A stretch of DNA of 64,000 nucleotides from Octopus vulgaris. Lineage: Eukaryota. This document shows, one piece after another, positions 58,031-64,000 of the stretch. The position numbers and the translations under genes were made by a program. The stretch is from NCBI GenBank assembly GCA_951406725.2, contig OX597826.1:52700001-52764000 (forward strand), read 5' to 3'. The notes under the pieces are model-generated. The model made no database searches. It was not told the DNA's origin and saw nothing but the letters and a program-made list of their open reading frames with translations. The first letter of the stretch is position 1; the number at the start of each line of letters is the position of its first letter.

Positions 58031-58087
58031 CAAGAGCGTCACTTTATAACCTTCAAAATGTGATGTATGTATATGCATATGTATATG

Positions 58088-58144
<57 letters not shown>

Positions 58145-58212
58145 GCATATATATGTAGCAGCAGCAAGCAGGCAAACAAGGATATATATATATATATATG
58201 CATCCATATAGA

Positions 58213-59359
58213 CACAGACATGCAGGATGTAAAACCACACATTTAATTTTCAAAATCTTTTATTTAATACGCAAAGTGAACAATTGAAATGAAATCGATA
58301 GGTAAGACTACATACTTTAGTATTTAGTTGACATTCCCTTTGCAGTTTTTAATTCAGAAACTGTTTTTGGCATTGAATGAGCTTTGTGATGGTTTCTTGT
58401 GGAATTTCTGCCCACTTATCACGCAACAATCGAAACAATTAATCTTTAGATTTAGGTTTCTGTCGAGGTTTTCGTATAGCTCTATCTAGTATGATCCAAA
58501 GATTTTCATTTGGGTTCATGTCAGGAGATTGGCTCGGACAGGGAATATTTTTGATTCCTTTTCGCTGTGTGGCTTAGAGCCCCATCTTCCATGAATAAAA
58601 ACTCATTTTTCGTTATGTAATTGTGCGAATACATCGGAAGTAGTCCTTTATTAAGTATTTCGATGTATTTTTCAGAGTTTATGGCTCCAACACATTCGAT
58701 CAGCTCATAACGACTATTGCTGGTGACAGCTCCCCATTCCATTACAGAGACACCGCCATGTTTCATAGTTGGTTGGAGTCGTTTCAATCCCAAACATGTC
58801 CACTGTTTGAAAATAATGCATATCTGGATTCATCTGAACAAATTACTCTATCCCAAAATGAACTGGATTTTTCTGACATCTCCTTAGCCCATTTCTTTTT
58901 CTTTATGATATTAATTTGTTGAAGCTTATGCAGATATGTAACACACGTTCTGGGACAAACTTCAAGCTGTTTTGCAATATCAGAAGCCTTCGAACGAGGT
59001 TCTTTTTCCACAATTATCTTCAAACAGCGAAATTTCCTTTCCGAGGGCCCAGGTCGGCTGGGACGAGAATTTGTTGATTCTTTTCTTTGGCTTTCGAATT
59101 GCTCTATAATTCTATTAACAGTAGCTAGCTGAGACCAACCTCAGATTGCCCAGCAATACGACCTCGTTCAATATCTGACAGTTCTCCTGAATTCTTTGTG
59201 CGTGGCATGGTTACTCTTCGCAAATGTTTAAAATATATGGCACCTGAAATGAAAAGGAATAATTACGTTGTAAATTCTACGCCGCTGAAAACGTATTAAG
59301 ACACTTAGATAAGAATTTTTGAAAATTAAAGGAGTCTATTTACTTCCTGCATGTCTGTG
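58213..59359 (-). mobile_element. Tc1-like transposon (DD34E type), defective
   Basis: TIRs cacagacatgcagga.gtaaa...; WDRVICSDES, TMKHGGVSVMEWG, FMEDGA..H, PSQSPDMNPNENLW; frameshifts. Confidence 0.9.
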
Positions 59360-59550
59360 TACACACACACACACACAGACACACACACAAACACACACAC
59401 ATACACGCACATATATATACACACATATATATATATATATACATGATATATATATATATATATATATATATGTGTATATAAGACATATATATGTATATGT
59501 ATATATGTACATATATGTATATATATGTATATATATGTATATATACATAC

Positions 59551-59589
<39 letters not shown>

Positions 59590-59837
59590 GTATAAGGTAT
59601 ATGCATATATATCTATTATACATATAGTTTGTATACATCATTTGTATATTATACATATATAATTTATATATATATAGTGAAGTAAAATCATGTAGCAACA
59701 CCAAATGGCGGTGCCCCAGCATGGCCACAGCTCGTGAGCTGAAACTAGATAAAATAAAAAAATATTTTAAAAAATATAATAAATACATACATACATGTAC
59801 GTATGTATGTGTGTAAGTGTGTTATCTATCCTTTCCC

Positions 59838-60275
59838 TCTTTTTCAGTCATTAGATTGCGGCCATGTGAGTGCAACGGCGTCCTGATTTTAGTGGAACAA
59901 TTTGACACCACTGGTTATTTTTCTTGCGGTCCTCGTTCCAAAGGTCTCTTTTGGCGAATTCACGGGGACGTAAATGAGTTAACAGCGGTCCTCTAGTGAA
60001 GCTGTTGGGGACACACACACACACACGTACAGATACACACACACACACACACACACACGTACAGATACACACACACACTCACACACAGCCGCACATATAT
60101 ATATAACGAAGTTCTTAGCAATTCCGTGTACCATGTCCCCTATCAAGACTTTGGTCCACTCAAAGCTACAGTAGGCGGCACCTACACCCAAGTGTCACGC
60201 AGTGAGTCCCAAGCCGAAATCAGGAGCCTGAAAAGCAAGTTTTCTATCAAAAACAGATTTGCCTGCAGCCACGTC
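59838..60275 (-). mobile_element. SINE family B, decayed
   Basis: ttcagtcattagattgcggccatg...ccaagtgtcacgcagtg...aaagcaag. Confidence 0.75.
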
Positions 60276-60313
60276 TGTTGGCTCTTATGTATCTGTATGC
60301 ATGTGTGTATGTA

Positions 60314-60393
<80 letters not shown>

Positions 60394-60397
60394 TACA

Positions 60398-60504
60398 CGA
60401 GGGGTGTATGAAACGTTTTGAGCCATCTAGACCTTTGAGCTTCATTAGGAGTCTTGTACCAAGTTTTGTATTTTTGGGGGTCAAGACTTTTCATACACCC
60501 CTCG
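60398..60504. mobile_element. 107-bp mariner-type MITE
   Basis: cgaggggtgtatgaaa ... tttcatacacccctcg TA. Confidence 0.85.
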
Positions 60505-60558
60505 TATACATAAATATATATATGTATAGATATATGTGTGTGTGTATATATATATATA

Positions 60559-60693
<135 letters not shown>

Positions 60694-60800
60694 CTTTTAA
60701 AGTACAGAACAAGAAAACTTTTACTTAAAATATTGCAGCTAAGGATAAAATTTCAAATAAAATGTCTAGGTTTAGAAAATATTAGCTTTTATTAAAACTA

Positions 60801-62069
60801 TCAGGTCATCCCATAAGTTCTGTCTGATTTTACCTTTTTTAAAACTGAATGAAATTTAATACCATATGAGAATGTCTAATGGAGTTTAAAATTATTTTTA
60901 TGCATTTGTGCACATGTAAACTCATTAAATATTATTTTACAGAATAACAGAATTAAATTTTCTTTTATTAAAACCCTTTCTAACATGGAAATATCCAAAG
61001 AGCATTTAAGGCACATAATGCATTATGAGTACAAAATAGAAACCTCTGCAGCCGAAGCGACTAGAAGCATACACTCAGTTTATGGGAAAGAATGCTTGAA
61101 TGAAAGAACTTGCAGAAGATGCTTTGCAAAATTCAGAAGTGGAGATTTCAGCCTTGAAGATGAAGATCGAAGAGGGCGTCCAGTTGAGTTTGATGATAAG
61201 CTCCTTGAGGCATTACTTGAAGAAACTCCTGCATTATCAGTTGAAGAATTGGCAATAAAGCTTATTTCAAACCATACAACTGTTCATCGTCATCTTCAAC
61301 AAGTTGGAAAGGTTCCTAAACATGGAAAATGGATGCCTCAAGAATTGTCCGAAAGCAACCGCAAAACTCGAGTTGACATCTGCTCTTCTCTCCATTCTCA
61401 CGGACTCGTTTCACCCATTTTAGATAGACTTGTAACTGGTGACAAAAAATGGATCATCTATCGAAATGTTAAATGTCGTAAACAGTGGCTTGGTAAAGGG
61501 GTAAAAGCTCAACCACAACTGAAAAGGGAACTTCATGGAAAAAAGATTCTTCTCCCTATCTGGTGGGATTGCAAAGGATTGTTGAATTGTTACTACCTAA
61601 TTCAACAATCAATGCTCAAGTCTACTGTCACCAATTAGAGCGTTTGAACCAAACTTTGAAGAAAAAAGACCCGCTTTAGTGAATCGAAAAAGAGTGATGT
61701 TTCATCAGGACATTGCGCGACCCCGCGGTGCAAAGATCGCATCACAGAAGATCGAAGAGCTTGGTTGGGAAAAAATTCCTCTTCCACCTTATTCTCCCGA
61801 CCTTGCTCCTTCAGACTACCATTTGTTTCGTAGTTTACATAATAATTTGGGGAACACAACTTTCGCAAGCCAGGAGGACATTTCAGAGTTCTTCGCTTTG
61901 AAACCAAAAGAGTTTTATATTGATGGGATTAAAAAAGCTTGTAAATAGATGGAAGGAAGTCATAGATAATTAGGGAAAGTACATTGATGATTAAATTTCA
62001 ATTAAATATAGCATTTGATCACTTGTTTTCTTTATTCAAAGTTTGGACAGAATTTATGGGATGATCTGA
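60801..62069 (+). mobile_element. Full-length mariner (DD34D) with TA target duplication
   Basis: TIRs tcaggtcatcccataagttctgtc / gacagaatttatgggatgatctga; 1269 bp; TA at 60799-60800 and 62070-62071. Confidence 0.95.
60985..61994 (+). pseudogene. mariner transposase, frameshifted
   Basis: MEISKEHLRH...EDEDRRGRP...KWMPQEL...TGDKKW...WWDCKG // HQDIARP...PPYSPDLAPSDYHLF; frameshifts near 61580 and 61930. Confidence 0.93.
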
Positions 62070-63034
62070 TAAAAGTTTTATGACAAGTTATTACTTCTAT
62101 TTGTTATTACTTGTTACTTCTATTAAAAATAAATGTAAATCATTTAAAATATTTTTGCACTTCAAAAAATATTCATTTTTTCAATTATTAGCTAATAATT
62201 ATAAATTTGAAAACAATTATAACAATAATAGTAGTACATGATTGGTTAGTACAAGAAATAGAATAATACATAAATTAGTTATATATTACAGAAAAATCTA
62301 TCTATAACAACGAAGTCACAGTAAAATTTGCTTGAGTATTTGCCTAATATTGCCAAGTCTTCACATTTTTAGTCTTGACATAATGCCTATTTTTCACATA
62401 ATGAATTTGCCTACCATTTATACTATTCTACTTTGAATAAAATTTTAGTTATATTGGGACTTCTGGCTCTCATTTTTTAAGTATTCTAGTGTGTCAATAT
62501 TTTAACAAAATGATATTACCTTTTTTAATTATAATGTTACTTTGTAAATTAAAATCATAATTTTTAATATTCAAATTTTATCCTTATCTGCAAAATTTTA
62601 AGTAAAAATTTTCTTGTTCTGTACTTTACCAGATGTAATAAGTTGTCCTGAACTTTTCCAAGAGTAATGACTTTTCCTATACTTTTCCAGGTTTATAATC
62701 TTAAGAATATTATTTCTCTTGTTCGCATTTTCCCATGCAATCCATGTTTTTTCCCGGCTATGCTACTAAGCTAATTGATAATGTGTCAAAAGTGTCAATT
62801 AGCGGTGTCCTTGATAAATTTTCCTTAACTTACCGGTGACATATATTAAAAATTCCCTTATAAAACTATATTCATAAAAAAAAGTATAGAACTATATTAT
62901 CAACCTCAAATTTGAGAAACAAACACTCGTAACTTTTTTCTTTTGAAACTTCATTGCCTGAGATTGATATGAAATTCCTCGAATTGAGCTCTATCGTTTA
63001 AACTTAAATAAAATATAGTTTGTTTTTAAACAAA

Positions 63035-63085
<51 letters not shown>

Positions 63086-63094
63086 AATATAACG

Positions 63095-64000
63095 GCATAG
63101 TTAATGTGTACCCTAGACTATGTGTTCTCATCTCTGGCCACGATTGATATTTTACCAGCGGAGCTTTGGCCGCGAGTGCGCAACCTCGGCACATTCTCGC
63201 CAAGTTTTCGATATCTCATCAGACCCTTCATCCTTGCCATTTCTGGATGTCCGCTGTGAAATTTGTTGTAGTACACCTTTTTTTTTTATGTAGTTGGAAC
63301 CACCATTGTTTGGGCATACATCAGAATATCGTCGCAAATTGAAAGACTGTCATCTGAATTTTTGTTCTGTTTATTTTTTAAACCTTTTTTTAAATTTTCC
63401 AAGTACGGGATTGCAAATTCATAATCAGATAACATAGTACCTATGATTTGCTGGAATATTGCTGGTGCCACTTTTAATCCAAAAGATAATCATGTGTATC
63501 TGTACAATCCTCTATGTGAATTTATTGTCAAATACATTGAACATATCTTATTTACTTTTATCTGTAAATAGGTTTCAGACAGATCTAATTTGGAAAAACA
63601 ATTCCACCATTTAACTTTAGAAAAATGTCCTCTGCAGTTGGGAGCGGATGGTGATACGCCTTAAAGCGGTCGCTCAATTCTGTAGAGAAATCGGCAAACA
63701 GCCTAATCATATTTTTTTAATATATACCGTGGTTATCACTCACTTCGAGCAATCCACTCTTTTCTAGTTTGTCCAACTCTTCATTTACAGTTTCAATTGC
63801 CACGAACGGTACTTTTCTGTTTGCTTTAAATACAGGTACTGCGTTTTCACTTACTTAGAAATAGGCTTCCCTCTTCCTACATAGACCTAAATCCTCTGAT
63901 AACACTTGCAGTAACATATTTTTCATTTTTTTCTTCAGTTCATCCGAAGACTTTTTTTTAACGAGACAACCATTTATGTTATTGCAGTAAAGATTTATGG
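63095..64000 (-). mobile_element. Ty3/Gypsy pol remnant (RT joined to integrase fragment), continues past window
   Basis: RKVPF...EELDKLE, ADFST, HPLPTAEDIF, FSKLDLS.TYLQI, INSHRGLY, APAIFQQI; integrase H.GHP.MARMK...CRGC...SRVHINYA. Confidence 0.88.

Larger units (their letters stand above)
60698..62628. repeat. Outer ~60-bp inverted repeats enclosing the mariner
   Basis: taaagtacagaacaagaaaactttttacttaaaatattgcagctaaggataaaattt versus aaattttatccttatctgcaaaattttaagtaaaaattttcttgttctgtacttta. Confidence 0.85.

Overview
AT-rich, microsatellite-saturated animal genomic DNA. The SINE families and repeat spectrum strongly suggest an octopus/coleoid cephalopod (inference). I found no intact host protein-coding gene: most listed ORFs are translations of (TA)n/(CA)n/(TATG)n tracts or transposon remnants. 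The window is a layered transposon graveyard with four tRNA-derived SINE families, Penelope-like elements (PLE; RT and GIY-YIG fragments), CR1, RTE and R4/Dong-type LINE fragments, a Gypsy pol remnant, two Helitron RepHel fossils plus non-autonomous Helitrons, a Buster/SPIN-type hAT fossil, one Tc1, one near-full-length mariner and several mariner MITEs. The most notable unannotated layer is RNA-level: at least seven recognisable minimal type-I hammerhead ribozyme (HHR) motifs plus several decayed ones, mostly in short elements beside (TA)n tracts, often with fold-back inverted duplications. One element joins a tRNA-like Pol III head to an HHR tail, a candidate PLE-mobilised SINE/retrozyme. 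Three repeat-free segments with good splice signals may be exons of a + strand non-coding or UTR transcript. All calls were made by eye; coordinates of decayed elements are approximate.
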